A stretch of 33,940 bases of DNA from Octopus bimaculoides. Lineage: Eukaryota. Below the pieces are notes generated by a model. It had not been told where the DNA came from. It worked only from the letters and a program-made list of their open reading frames with translations, and did no database searches. Location: contig NC_068998.1 of assembly GCF_001194135.2 (NCBI RefSeq), positions 54,333,927 to 54,367,866 on the forward strand. Direction: 5' to 3'. Both the position numbers and the translations under genes were made by a program. Shown here in pieces: positions 22,730-33,940 of this stretch (within the stretch, counting starts at the first letter, position 1; each line of letters starts with the position of its first letter).

Positions 22730-23010
22730 CATAGGTTGCAAACTCCACATGTGTGCGATGTTGCCAATGCTACATGTATGCATGTGATCTTGCACACATA
22801 ACATGAACACATGGATGCTGCAAAAGCTACATGCCTATATAATTTTGTCAACGCTCCATATATACATATAGATGTTGCAAACACACTACAGCTATGCAGT
22901 GTTGCAAACACATTTAAGTGCAGGTTGTAAAACACTACATGTCTATGGCATGTTGCCAACACAGCAAGTGCATGTGGATGCTACAAAAATACTACATGAC
23001 TACATGTGTA
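22730..23010. repeat. Degenerate minisatellite, roughly 25-35 bp unit
   Basis: Recurrent gatgttgc(a/c)aa.ac.ctacatg words: ggttgcaaactccacatg, gatgttgccaatgctacatg, gatgctgcaaaagctacatg, gatgttgcaaacacactaca, gtgttgcaaacac, ggttgtaaaacactacatg, catgttgccaacac, gatgctacaaaaatactacatg. Confidence 0.7.
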
Positions 23011-23033
23011 TACAAGAAGTAAAAATGAATGTT

Positions 23034-23064
<31 letters not shown>

Positions 23065-23478
23065 TCAGAGAAAAAGAGAGACAAAAATGAGACAGTAATC
23101 CTGTTCAATGGTTTATTTATTAGATTTTGTCTGAACTCTAGCATTAATAAGAATGGAGCATTTTCATCTTCAACTGAACCAGTAATTTTTTTTTTTTTTA
23201 ATATGTCGGTGGGATCAAATCAGAAAAGAACATATATATCTATAAGTATATGTGCGTATGCGCATATGTACGTGTGTGTGTGTCTGTATGAGCTTTAAAA
23301 TAGTTTTTATTTATAAACTGACAACGACAATGAGAGAACACTAATCCCGTGTTTAGTTATGACCTAAGTCCCATCACCCATATTCCGGTTTACATCATGG
23401 CTGATCTTATCAAGATGATCGATAACACAACTTTGGCCAGCTATCAACCATTTTGCTCCTCCCCTTCTTCCTCTCTCC

Positions 23479-23511
<33 letters not shown>

Positions 23512-23811
23512 CATATATGTATGTATGTATGTATGCATGTATGCGTGTATATCTTCTGCTATCACTGAGTTCTACTGATTTATCATGACTCATTCTGTAA
23601 GCAAGTGTTCAACAAGAAAAACATCTCGTCGCAGCAATGGTGAACATGGTTTACACCTCGGAATAAGACATATAAACCGTGTTGGAACAATCCATTCATT
23701 CTCCAATGCATATCAAAGTTTAACAAGAAAAATATATTTTCTAATAAATAAATCAACATAAAGCTGTCCAATAAACCTTCCAGAAACTGTTTTATGTTCC
23801 CTTTTTGTTTC

Positions 23812-23842
<31 letters not shown>

Positions 23843-23900
23843 GATAAGGAGAGAGAGGAAGAAAGAGGGAAGAGAGAGAGAGTGTGTGAGAGTGTGAGAG
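23812..23900. repeat. (GA)n-rich microsatellite
   Basis: Directly visible. Confidence 0.9.
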
Positions 23901-24579
23901 GGAGAGTTTCAGAAGCTGTTCACAGCAAATGCCTTTCTGTAGGTTTTGGGTGTTTTTCTTTTCCGCTGTTCTCAACTAAATATTACCGAATCCTGCAGTA
24001 GTAATGCACAAGGATACTACCACACTGAAAGCACAGGTGAATGTGACTGCTCCTCCGCTTGCTAGAAATAGCAGTCAAATCTCCTTTAAATCATATCCTG
24101 CTACCTAAAAGAAGGTTGGATAATGTTGGCTTAGGTGAATGAAATGGAACAGTGATGAATAGATCTGCTCAGTTAAGGTTGACCTGGGGCTAAAACAACA
24201 ACAACAACAACACCATATACAGGTAAAATAAACAGGATTTGAGTAAACTAGAGATAAATTGGATTGGTAATTAGTGGGAATAGTTTAAGAAATGAAATAA
24301 ATTCGTTAGCTGCGAAGAAGAGGTAAAATGTTATGTTTTGACTAATTAGCTGATTTGGTATTTATTTGGCAAAGTGTAAGACAATCATATTAAACACCTT
24401 TCTTGTGCTTGTCCTGGCTTTGAGTTCAAATCGTGCCACTGACAACCCTGGAAATGGTTATAGCATCACTCAAAGTGCCTTGTGGTAGTTGTTCCTGCAC
24501 TTTGCGATGATGTCAAGCCAAGGAGAGAGTGATACACACACACACACACACACACAAATACATACATATATATATGATG

Positions 24580-24720
24580 GGCTTCTTTTAGTTTCCATCT
24601 CCTAAATCAACTCACATGGCTTCGGTCAGCCTGGGGCTACAGTAGAAAAGACTTGCCCAAAGTGCTACAAAGCAGGACTGAACCTGAGAGTATGTGATTG
24701 GGAAGGAAAGTTCCCAACGA
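24580..24720 (-). mobile_element. SINE family A, 5' half, reverse orientation
   Basis: gcttcttttagtttccatct...ggggctacagtagaaaagacttgcccaaagtg...ggactgaacc is the reverse complement of the family A head. Confidence 0.72.
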
Positions 24721-25579
24721 AGCAGCCCTACCTTCACTTTTACATCCATTAAAGACACATAAAGAATAAATTTTGTAAATGGCTAAGATATTCATGGGAA
24801 AGAAAAAAGTTAATATCAAATGATCTAACAATGCAGATGACATTAATTTAATTGGTGAAATAGCAATGACATGCTGGGGGTCCAACATGGTTATGTTTTC
24901 ATATAAGTCAGGAACAACAGTATCCTCTGCCCCATCCCTGCAGCACCCCTCCCGTCCATGACAATCCCTTTTCTAAAAGAATGTCATTGTGCCTGAATAA
25001 GAAAACTGTCTAGACAAACTTGTCTTGCTAAATTAACTTTGCCACCGACTGATGTGGTGTTCAGGGCTGACTTTTGTGCTATCACTCACTTGAATGCTAA
25101 GAGCACCGATATAAACTCTGGCCTAATGGGTTTGTAGGCTTAAGACAGACTTTAACATACACATACATACATGCATGCACACACACACAAAAACACACAC
25201 GAAAACACACTTTTGATCGTTACACCAAACTATGCTGATCTGCCATTATTTGATAGGGAGGTATTCAGTGGTATGCCTATACATGTGTGTGTGTGTGTGT
25301 GTGTGCATACATCCATATACACACACACACACGTATGGACATATACCTACATAAACACTTTTCCCCCTCCTACCAGCACCACACCTGATTCTCATTCCCA
25401 TTATACCACCGATCAAAGGACAACTTGCCAAAAACTGTATAATAGCAGAAAAAGCAAAAGTAAAACACAGTCTGGTGACAGTGAATAAGCTGAGACTTCA
25501 AAGTCACTGTCAACCATTTTATTGTACTCTGCTGAAAAGTATTGAGTAATACTTCTGTTTAATGTTAAAATAAGTTCAG

Positions 25580-25925
25580 GCATAGCTGGGTGGTTTCAGG
25601 TTCAGTCCCACTCTGTGGTACCTTGGGTATGTGTCTTCTACTATAGCCCTGGGGCAACTTATGAATGGATTCGCTACACAGAGACTGTCTAGAAGCCCAT
25701 TGTGTGCTTGTCTTTGTGTCTGTACTTACCCCTCTCCTGACAACTAGTGTTGGTTTGTTTATGTCCCTGTAACTTGGTGGTTCAGCAAAAGAGACCCATA
25801 GAATAAGTAGTAAAATTTAAAAAAAAAGAAAACAATAAAAACGGATTGATTTGTTTAACTAAAACTCTCCAAGATGGTGCCCCAGTATGGTCGCAGTCCA
25901 ATGACTGAAACAAGTAAAAGATGAA
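25580..25925 (+). mobile_element. SINE family A copy
   Basis: ggttcagtcccactctgtggtaccttgggtatgtgtcttctactatagcc ... atgactgaaacaagtaaaaga; colinear with 16340-16740. Confidence 0.8.
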
Positions 25926-26529
25926 ACATCAAAGATGTAAATTTACACAAAAACTTTAATATGAATGTGTGTGTGTATGTGTATGTATGTATTTATGGAT
26001 GTGCATGTGTGTGTGTGTGTGTGTGCATGTGTGTATATGTGTGTATATATGTATGTATGTATGTATGGGTGTGTGTATTTTAAGTCTAACACTGAAACTG
26101 TGTCGTTGCATTGAAGCCTTGCAAATGGTTTTCTTGATCCAATCTCCCAAGAACTAGTAAAAGAGATGCCAGTTCCAGGGGTCAAAAGTAAGGAAAGTTG
26201 CTTTTGTTTCCATGTCTTTAAGTCAGGAGGGGGAATGCAGTAGCCAGGATCCTTTAGAAAGCTTCCAAGAATGGTAGAAAGGTGGAAGGAAAAAAGGGAT
26301 GAAGATCATCTTCCAACTGGGAACCTAGCCTCAATGTTTGCAATGGAGTGGCTTCAGCTAAAGGCACTACCAATGCCGGGGGGTGGTCATGATAAGCTGG
26401 GCGAATGGATGAAATCTATCACTGAAGTAGGCCATGGTGGGATTTTGGACTCAGAACACAGAGAGCTGGAACAAACACCACAAGGCACCATGCCCAACTC
26501 TACCAATCCACCACGTTGGACTGAACCCT

Positions 26530-26770
26530 TTTTGTATCAATCCTGAGAGGATAAAAAGTAAAGTTGACCTCAACAGGACTTGAACTCAGGACACAGAGAA
26601 CTGCAACAAATGCCAACCTGCTACATTGGATTTGGTATATTTTTAGAAATCCTGAAGGAATGAAAGGCTAAGCTGACCTTGATGGGATTTGAACTCAAAG
26701 CATTGAGTGTCAAAGCAAATACTATGAAGTATTTTTTTCCGATGCTCCAATGGTTCTGCCAATTCTTTGC
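26530..26770 (-). mobile_element. Two tandem partial SINE family B copies
   Basis: cctgagaggataaaaagtaaagttgacctcaacaggacttgaactcag (26545-26590) and cctgaaggaatgaaaggctaagctgaccttgatgggatttgaactcaaag (26650-26700). Confidence 0.7.
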
Positions 26771-27829
26771 ATGAAGAACTTGGTAATAAAAAAGACTAAT
26801 AAAAAAAAAGACAAACAAACAAAAAGAAAGGAAAGCAGAATAAAAATAAATATGAACGATGGCTAAGGATGACAGCTGAAATGCAAGAAGACTAGTTTTT
26901 CATTATGTAATTGGCAGTTTTTGCATTTGGAACCTAAACAAAGTTGCTTTAGGCATTCATCATGTCTGGTGGGTGGTGAAATAAAATAAAATACCCCACC
27001 CACCCCCTCTCCTAGCATGCAAGATTATATAATGTGTTAGTGAGATACAACTGTGTATTTCATTGGGATAACATTTCTTTGGATGTCAGCTTGTCTTTAA
27101 GGTTTTCTTGAAAAATAAATCATTATTTCATATCATCATCATCCTCCTCATTTAACATCCACTTTTCTACGCTTGCATGGGTCAGATGGAATTTGTTGAG
27201 GCAGATGGAATTTGTTGAGCCGTATTGGGTTGCTGTCCAATGACTGAAACCAGTAAAAGACCAAAAGAATATTCCTCACAATCATGTGAGGTTGTCTGAG
27301 AAGTTGAGTATCTGTCAGCAAGAACTAACAATTTATGGCAATCTTCATGAATGATGATGTAAAGAAAGTTTGGAGAAAAAAAGAAAAAAAAAGAAAAGAA
27401 AAGAAAGAAATGAAGTTTAGTAGTTTATTTGATTCTGAATTATTCTCATTGGTAAAAAGTCTAAACCAGGATCTCAAGTAAATGTAAACTCGTGAGAATG
27501 AATTTCCGTAATTGGCAAAGATATTCATAAAGAAAAAGAAAAGAAAGAAAATCACATGAGCTAACGATGCAGAAGACACTAATTAAATTGGAGAAATAGC
27601 AGTGACGTGCCTCGGTCCAATATGGTTGGTTATGTCTTCATAGAAGTCAGGAATGACATAGTGTCCTCCTCCTCTCTACACATTCCTCCCCACTTACCTG
27701 ACACTCCTTTTGTAAAAGAGTGACATCCTGCCTGAATAAGAAAACTGTCCAGACAAACCTATCTGGCCAAGTTAATAATTGATACTGGTTACAAAACAAG
27801 GAAATTAGAAACACATAGTAATAATAATA

Positions 27830-28210
27830 ATAATAATAATAGTAATAAACCGTTTCCACTATAGGCACAAGGCCAGCAGTTTTGGGGGAGGAGGAGTAAG
27901 CAATTACATAGACTCCAGTACATGACTGGTATTGATTTTATCAACCCCAAAAGATGAAAGGCAAAGTGAACCTCAGCAGAATTTGAACTCAGAATATAAA
28001 GATGGACAAAATGCTGGCACGCATTTTGCTCAGAGTTCTACTGATTCTGCCAGCTCTGATCCTTTCTGATATAGGCACAAGGCCTGAAATATTGCGGTGA
28101 GGGGGCCACTTAATCAGATCAACACCAGTACTCTATCGGTACTTTATGCTATTGACTTTGAAGGGACGAAAGGTAAGTCTGACCTCAGCAGAATTTTAAC
28201 TTGGCACATA
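27830..28210 (-). mobile_element. Two tandem SINE family B copies with (AAT)n tail
   Basis: Two starts of tataggcacaaggcc (~27860 and ~28070), each followed by the gaaaggcaaag..gacctcagcagaattt core. Confidence 0.82.
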
Positions 28211-28289
28211 AAGAGTTGGAACAAGTACACCCTTGTCTTGATATTACATGACAGTTCTAAATGAGCATCAGCATTCTACAGTCAAGTTT

Positions 28290-28455
28290 ATGCCTTTCCA
28301 GTCTTCCATGGAAAACATGTCTGACCACGGGAAATATTACTTTGCTAGAAACTAGGGGGAAGGGCATCCAACCATAGAAAATCTGCCTCAACAAATTCCA
28401 TCAGACCCATGCAAGCATGGAAAAGTGCACATTAAGAGATGATGATGATGATGAT
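28290..28455 (+). mobile_element. Retroposon family C 3' end, plus orientation
   Basis: gaagggcatccaaccatagaaaatctgcctcaacaaattcc...catgcaagcatggaaaagtgcacattaagagatgatgatgatgatga. A related block lies at 32745-32810. Confidence 0.7.
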
Positions 28456-28799
28456 ACAAATCATAACTTTTAATTAAATTTTTAAAATTCTCATTAAACT
28501 GTTCAGTGAACCAGCAAAGAATTGTATAAGTAAGAAAGCTGTCATATTTGACAGCCCAAGTGGTTATTACAGTAGAATGTGTAATGGGGGGACATCGTTT
28601 TTCAGTGGGTGTCCTGCACTATCACATTTACAAATTTCTAATACTTTTGCAATTAAATATGTAAAGCTACGTCTTTAGGTACAAAACTTCATCAAAATTG
28701 TTTTTACCTGTCATTTTGAATGGAAGTGTGCCGTTCCTCAAAATTAATAAAAATAAAACTGTCATAATTTTTGACAACACAGATAATGGTACTTCTACG

Positions 28800-29290
28800 G
28801 CTAATAATTATAATAATAATAATTATAATAATAATAATAATAATAATAATAATCCTTTCTACTATAGGCACAAGGCATGAAATTTTGGGGGAGGGGAGTA
28901 ATCTATTCAACCCCAATGTTTCACTGGTACTTAATTTATCGACCCTGAAAGGATGAAAGGCAAATTTGACCTTGGCGGAATTTGTACTCAGAAAACACAA
29001 AGCTGATGAAATGCTGCTAAGCATTTTGCCTGGTGTGCTAACAATTCTTCCAGCTTGGCACCTTTATAATAATAATAATAATAATAATGATGATGGTGGT
29101 TTCTGGTTTAATCACAAGACTAGAAAAGGTGCAGGGAAGTGTTGTAGCCAATGAATGCCAGCACCGATTGCTTGGAACTTTATTTCATTGACCCTAGGTG
29201 ATTGAAAGGCAAAGCAGACCTAGGTTGCATTTGAACTCAGAACATAGAATCAGAACAAATACTGCATTTAATGATTCAGCCAGCTTGCCA
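28800..29290 (-). mobile_element. SINE family B copy with (AAT)n tail (28800-29060) plus a second decayed copy (29160-29290)
   Basis: (aat)n cctttctactataggcacaaggcatgaaattttgggggagggg...gaccctgaaaggatgaaaggcaaatttgaccttggcggaatttgtactcag. Confidence 0.82.
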
Positions 29291-29469
29291 ATAATAACGA
29301 AGTGCTGAAACCATTTTGAAATGAAGGCACAGAGAATACTGGAAACCCCAAGTTAATGCCACTTTCAAAATAAAACTGGTGGTCATATGGACCTCTGTGC
29401 TGGTAGCAGGTGTAATGTCCAGTGCTGTATTTGAACCCATTCATTTTTTTTGTCATTTACCCTATTACA

Positions 29470-31340
29470 ATGTCTAAAGTGACTGAGAAGAAACAAAGTA
29501 GAACATCAAAGAGTCCTAAAGTAGCTTCTGTTGCTGATGGAGATCCCTCTCTACCCTACGCTATTAAATCTAGTGTACCCCAGTGCTCATTTCTGTCCCT
29601 TATACATCAATGAGCTACTCGTCGTCATCACAGCCAATAATGCCCCCACTTATTCAGATGACTCCTCCTTTCATTCTTCTCAAATCTTCTCCACCAAAAA
29701 TAAACTAGAAATCACCAAGAAAACTGAACACGGTGTGAGTAGAAATGTGCTAATAACAGAATCTAAATGCAGATCAGTGACTTTGTATGACATTAACAAC
29801 TGAAAGGAAAAGCTTTTAGATTTTACAGCATGTTCTAAGCTTCTCAATAAACTAGAAAATAGGCAAAGTCTGCATAAACGTAAAATGTGAAAATTTAGAT
29901 AAAATATTGCACGAGTGGTTTTTATTGAAGTGAATGATTGGAAGGTATAGCCGTAAATGAGACAATAATTTTAGCAAGAGCTAAACATTTTAAAGAGAAA
30001 ATAGATTTGGAAACCTCAATTGTTTTTCTCGGATGAGTGATTCCCTGGATTTAAGACATGTTATGAAAGAAAGAATCAGACATTGATGGTGAAAAGCAAT
30101 CAGTAGATGGAGAAAGAGCTTAACATACAGCATTTATTGAACTTGTCAGGGGACAGGAGCTTACAACTGTTTGAATATACAATATCAATGAAAATGGCCT
30201 CCTCTACTGGTGATGTTTACAAATGTGGATATTGGTAAGTTCCAAGGAGGCAAGTGATTTCAAGTATAATAAAAAGAAAGATTAACAGTTTTTTATGTAA
30301 AAATGCATCTGGACCAACAGTACAAAACTTTTAGTGATTGATAAATAAGTGGCATCATGTTAGAGTCTTGAAGGAAATAATGCATATTCCAGTTTTTAAC
30401 AACAAGGCCCAAAAGAAGGACTAAAGAACTTTTTAAAAATTGGTTCACTCAAGAATTTCTTGTCTGCAGTTTTGCCTAACTTTAGAGGAATGGCATCAAG
30501 CCATAAGATACCAAGAGTGATTGACCTCTGCAACAAGACATGACACATCACCATGCATCCAAGGCAGTTCCGGATTGCACCAACATTTTTCTATGCTATT
30601 TACCATTCTATAGAATTCTTCTCAGACGACCAATGGACAAGGGAATTATTCAGAATTACAAATGTTACGATTACAAGTAATTTTATGATAGAATTAATCA
30701 GTAGCAAAGTTTCCATCATTGACTTTCAATGACAATTTACAATTAAGAGATGTGCTCTCTAATGACTTTCAACAGCAGTTTACAATTAAAGATGTGCTCA
30801 TTAAATCTGAAATTGCATAGACTTGTGTTAAATTTGTCGCACTTTTGAGAATATGGCAAACGTTTTGGTCTACGTTGCTGTGCAATGATTTCATTTCTGA
30901 CAATGAAGAGTAGTTGAATGGTTTCCACATTAGACAGAGCATAAAAATAAATAACACAATCAATGCACACAATGCATGTACAAAAATCTGTTCCATGGCT
31001 TTGAAGTTAAAGTTATCAATGATTGCACCGAGGTGGACAACAACACTGAATAAGCCAAACGTTCTTTGCAGCTCAGCGGATTATCGACAGAGTGGTTCAG
31101 AAGCAGTAATTTGTTGTGACATAAATAATAATGGTAATGAAACAACTGAAAGGATGTCTTTGTCCAAAGCTTGGTTATGAAGGATGCAATTCTTTCAAAT
31201 ATTGAACAGAATACAAATCTTTTTTGGCAACAAGTTATGCAAGCAGATGTGGTTAAAACTACAAGATTTACTACAAAACAGAATTCTATGAAACAACAAA
31301 GAGATGTTAGAAAATGCTTAAAGAAATCCATTGAAGAACC
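29470..31340 (+). mobile_element. Decayed Tigger/pogo (CENP-B/Jerky-like) DNA transposon transposase
   Basis: Frameshifted, stop-ridden motifs in the expected order: TKNKLEITKKTEHGVSRNVLITESKCRSVTLYDINN*KEKLLDF (psq-type HTH, ~29693-29825), ENLDKILHEWFL and EGIAVNETIILARAKHF (CENP-B HTH, ~29890-29990), GEKQSVD (~30088), IYNINENGL-YW (QIYNADETGLYW-like, ~30175-30210), ERLTVFLCKNASG (~30276-30313), WFTQEF (~30441). Confidence 0.85.
29510..29690 (+). mobile_element. Short LINE (Jockey/CR1/L2-like) reverse transcriptase fragment, degenerate
   Basis: VADGDPSLPYAIKSSVPQCSFL, then after a frameshift PLYINELLVVITANNAPTYSDDSSFHSS. This corresponds to RT motifs VDG..S...I.SGVPQGS.L.P.LF..YINDL and YADD. 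Confidence 0.75.
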
Positions 31341-32029
31341 AGTATCTATAGACCAAACAGACAAGTAAAAGAATTTAAAATTGCTTTATGAATTCTTGAT
31401 TTTTTAATGCAAAAATATTTTCCTTTTATTCGAAAATATTCTTTTAACTTGAAAACGTTTGTTTTGTTGAATTTACTTACTGTGCAACAGCCAACAACCA
31501 TTCAATAAACATGGTTTAGTTCTTGAACACTTGTGCTGGAATATTTAGATATTGTTTTTACATTTTGAAAATACTTTTTCTTTCCAGTTAAATTTTTTTT
31601 TAAATGTTTTTTTCCCCCCTAAATTGCTTACTGTGCATTTAGCAGCTAATAAAATGGTATTTATTATAAATGTATATCTAGTTCTTATTTACTGCTTTTA
31701 TTTATGTGATAAATGCATTAAAGAAATACAAACTGACTACGAAATATTCACAATAAACACCATTTCAAATTGTTGAAGTGGTCGTTATTTGGAAAGTTTA
31801 TCAATGTGGAAAAAGAATGGTACCATGATCAGCCAGAAGCTCTTAGACATAATATTATAAAGGCCTTTGGATTTTTGTATTACAAACTGACTGTGCAATA
31901 AAGACATACAGGTTAGATGTGGTGATGACAGAGCAGAAAAAAACTATATTTGTAGCACCAGAGATTTTGCTATACACTGATAGGAGTGAAGAAATGGTAA
32001 AAGTTTGTGGACTTTGTCAGAAATCATCA

Positions 32030-32290
32030 ACATCATCATTGTTTAACGTTTGTTTTCCATGCTGGCATGGGTTGGACAGTTTGACTGAGGTCTGGAGAGC
32101 CAGTGGCTGTACCAGAGTTTCTGCAGTTGGATGCCCTTCCTAATGCCAACCACTCGGAGTGTGTAGTGAGTGCTTTTTACGTGCAACTGGCACAGGAGCC
32201 AGTCAGGCGGGCCTAGCATCGATCACATTCAGATAGTGCTTTTTCGTGACACAGGCACGGGAGCTAGTCATGGGGTGCTGGCTATTGCAC
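32030..32290 (-). mobile_element. Retroposon family C copy
   Basis: catcatcattgtttaacgtttgttttccatgctggcatgggttggacag...ggatgcccttcctaatgccaaccactc. Confidence 0.75.
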
Positions 32291-32574
32291 AACCATAATA
32301 CATGGATGTAGCAGAGAGCTGACCAAAAAAATCCCCTTACTGCACCACATGACTATCCTTAACCAATCAATCTGTATGTCAACTGACAGAGATCTAAACC
32401 ACATTCACTCTCTACAGAAATGAACAACTTTTTAAGCAATGGCTAGAAATGGTACAGCTCCATATCCCTCAAATCTTATATTTTTAAAAATCATACAAAT
32501 ATGAAACTGGTTATGTATATTAATATAAATAAATCTTTTTATATACACAATGCATTTACAACTTATTTTATTCC

Positions 32575-32679
<105 letters not shown>

Positions 32680-33344
32680 CATATATATCATTGTCTTAAT
32701 GTCATGTGTTGGTTGTCAACAAGTGAGAGTTAGTGACTGGAAGAGCACCTGGCCATAGAAAATCTGCCTCAACAATTTAAAGTGGATGTTGCTGATGCTG
32801 ATGATGATATCTTGGTCATCCATGTTAAAACTAGTTGTTCCTGTCTGTTAAGGTTTAACATACTTACAAAGATTACAAATGCTTAAACTGTATTTATATG
32901 TTATAAACTATAAATATGCTTCCATACACTGAAATGTTTCATTAACATGGTGTATGGTGTTCCATATAAATTACATACGGTTAAGATGGCTGTTGTCTAC
33001 TGCAAAGACTCCTCATATCAAGTGACAAGGCTGTTCCCATCTAGCGTTAATATTATTGATATCTGCTGTTAACAACATCCCGTGTCAAGTGTTAAGTTGT
33101 TATTGCTGCTGCTTTTTGTATCACGTAACATGGAAGGAAACACCACAGCACTCTCATTGTTTTTACGTTTGGACAGGATATGGATGCACACACACACACA
33201 CACAGGACGTTGATCTGTTACAGGCAGCTTTTTCAATAACAGGAATTGAACTGTGCACTTCTTGGAGTAGTAAATTATACAAACATGCAACACAGTTCTG
33301 CCACACAGTCACTCAATCTGCTAGAAAGAGCTGTCAAACCTTCA

Positions 33345-33480
33345 GCTGGTAGACTGGCAGAATCAGTATAGTGACAGACAAAATGCAATGCTTCTTTATG
33401 TTATGAGTTCAAATCCTACCAGATTTGATTTTGCCTTTAATCCTTACGGGGTAAATAAATGAAGTACTGCTGAGTACCTT
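33345..33480 (+). mobile_element. SINE family B copy, plus orientation
   Basis: ggtagactggcagaatcag...atgagttcaaatcctaccagatttgattttgcctttaatccttacggggtaaataaatgaagtactg. Confidence 0.62.
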
Positions 33481-33940
33481 TTCCAAAATTTGTTGCCTTC
33501 TGCCTATAATTATGACCCAATTCTACAATGCTGTCACTTGGCACAGTAATTCTTTGCTACCATGTAGTATCTTTATCAACAAGGTGGATGAGGCCATTTG
33601 TGATTTAAGTGTTTAACTGTGGACATGGCACAATGCTGATAACATAAGAGAAACCAGCCAACTGTCGGTTGTTAAGTGGGTTACACAGTAACTGAGTGAA
33701 AAGACAAAGCACAGCTGGGCCCGTGATCCTTTTCCAGAGCTTCCGAAAATGCTGATGGAAAAGTTATCCACAGACCACTGACTGGGTTTCAATGCTTTTA
33801 ACAGGGAAATTCTGTTAAAAGCAATCAAAGGCCAGGGAGATGGTCATGTTGGAATCAATTGTTGGGTAAGTTTCTTTTTCATTCAAACTTTGGTGGTTGC
33901 TCTTAGCAGAATCCACTCTGTTGTAAGCATTCAAGGACAG

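Larger units (their letters stand above)
24960..27780 (+). repeat. Unclassified dispersed repeat; two ~75 bp copies at ~24968-25045 and ~27707-27777 (interval spans both)
   Basis: tttctaaaagaatgtcattgtgcctgaataagaaaactgtctagacaaacttgtcttgctaaattaa versus tttgtaaaagagtgacatcctgcctgaataagaaaactgtccagacaaacctatctggccaagttaa. Confidence 0.65.

Noticed and set aside
22730-23010. CRISPR-like repeat-spacer appearance
   Set aside because: Eukaryotic intron, degenerate repeats, short mutually similar linkers and no cas genes.
25338-25470. Good minus-strand polypyrimidine acceptor near 25426 with a possible 88-nt exon or a 6-nt GC-donor microexon
   Set aside because: The 88-nt version ends in phase 1, incompatible with the phase-0 exon at 20065. 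The microexon has no independent support.
28568-28600. TACAGTAGAA… as the left terminal inverted repeat of the Tigger element
   Set aside because: No matching reverse-complement end found after the transposase remnant.
33640-33860. Semi-open plus-strand frame (DPFPELPKMLMEKLSTDH*LGFNAF…)
   Set aside because: Interrupted by stops, with no motif I can assign; possibly an old transposon remnant.

Overview
Eukaryotic, AT-rich, repeat-dense genomic DNA with two N-gaps (1005-1694, 13781-13908). The microsatellites and SINE families look like an octopod cephalopod (Octopus); this is inferred, not proven. The window holds most of one minus-strand gene encoding an RFX5/RFX7-type winged-helix transcription factor. 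Six coding exons join with consistent splice phases: 20065-19977, 14952-14824, 14465-14349, 13698-13614, 12589-12382 and a giant exon from 8509 to at least 1695. I could not locate the start codon or the stop codon. The intron 14348-13699 has a textbook U12 (minor spliceosome) donor and branch site. The introns contain three tRNA-SINE-like/retroposon families, minisatellites, and a decayed Tigger/pogo transposase with a short LINE reverse-transcriptase fragment embedded near its N-terminus. Almost all other ORFs in the track are microsatellite, antisense or N-gap artefacts. I see no prokaryotic-type system (CRISPR, operon). Repeat boundaries are approximate and were read by eye.
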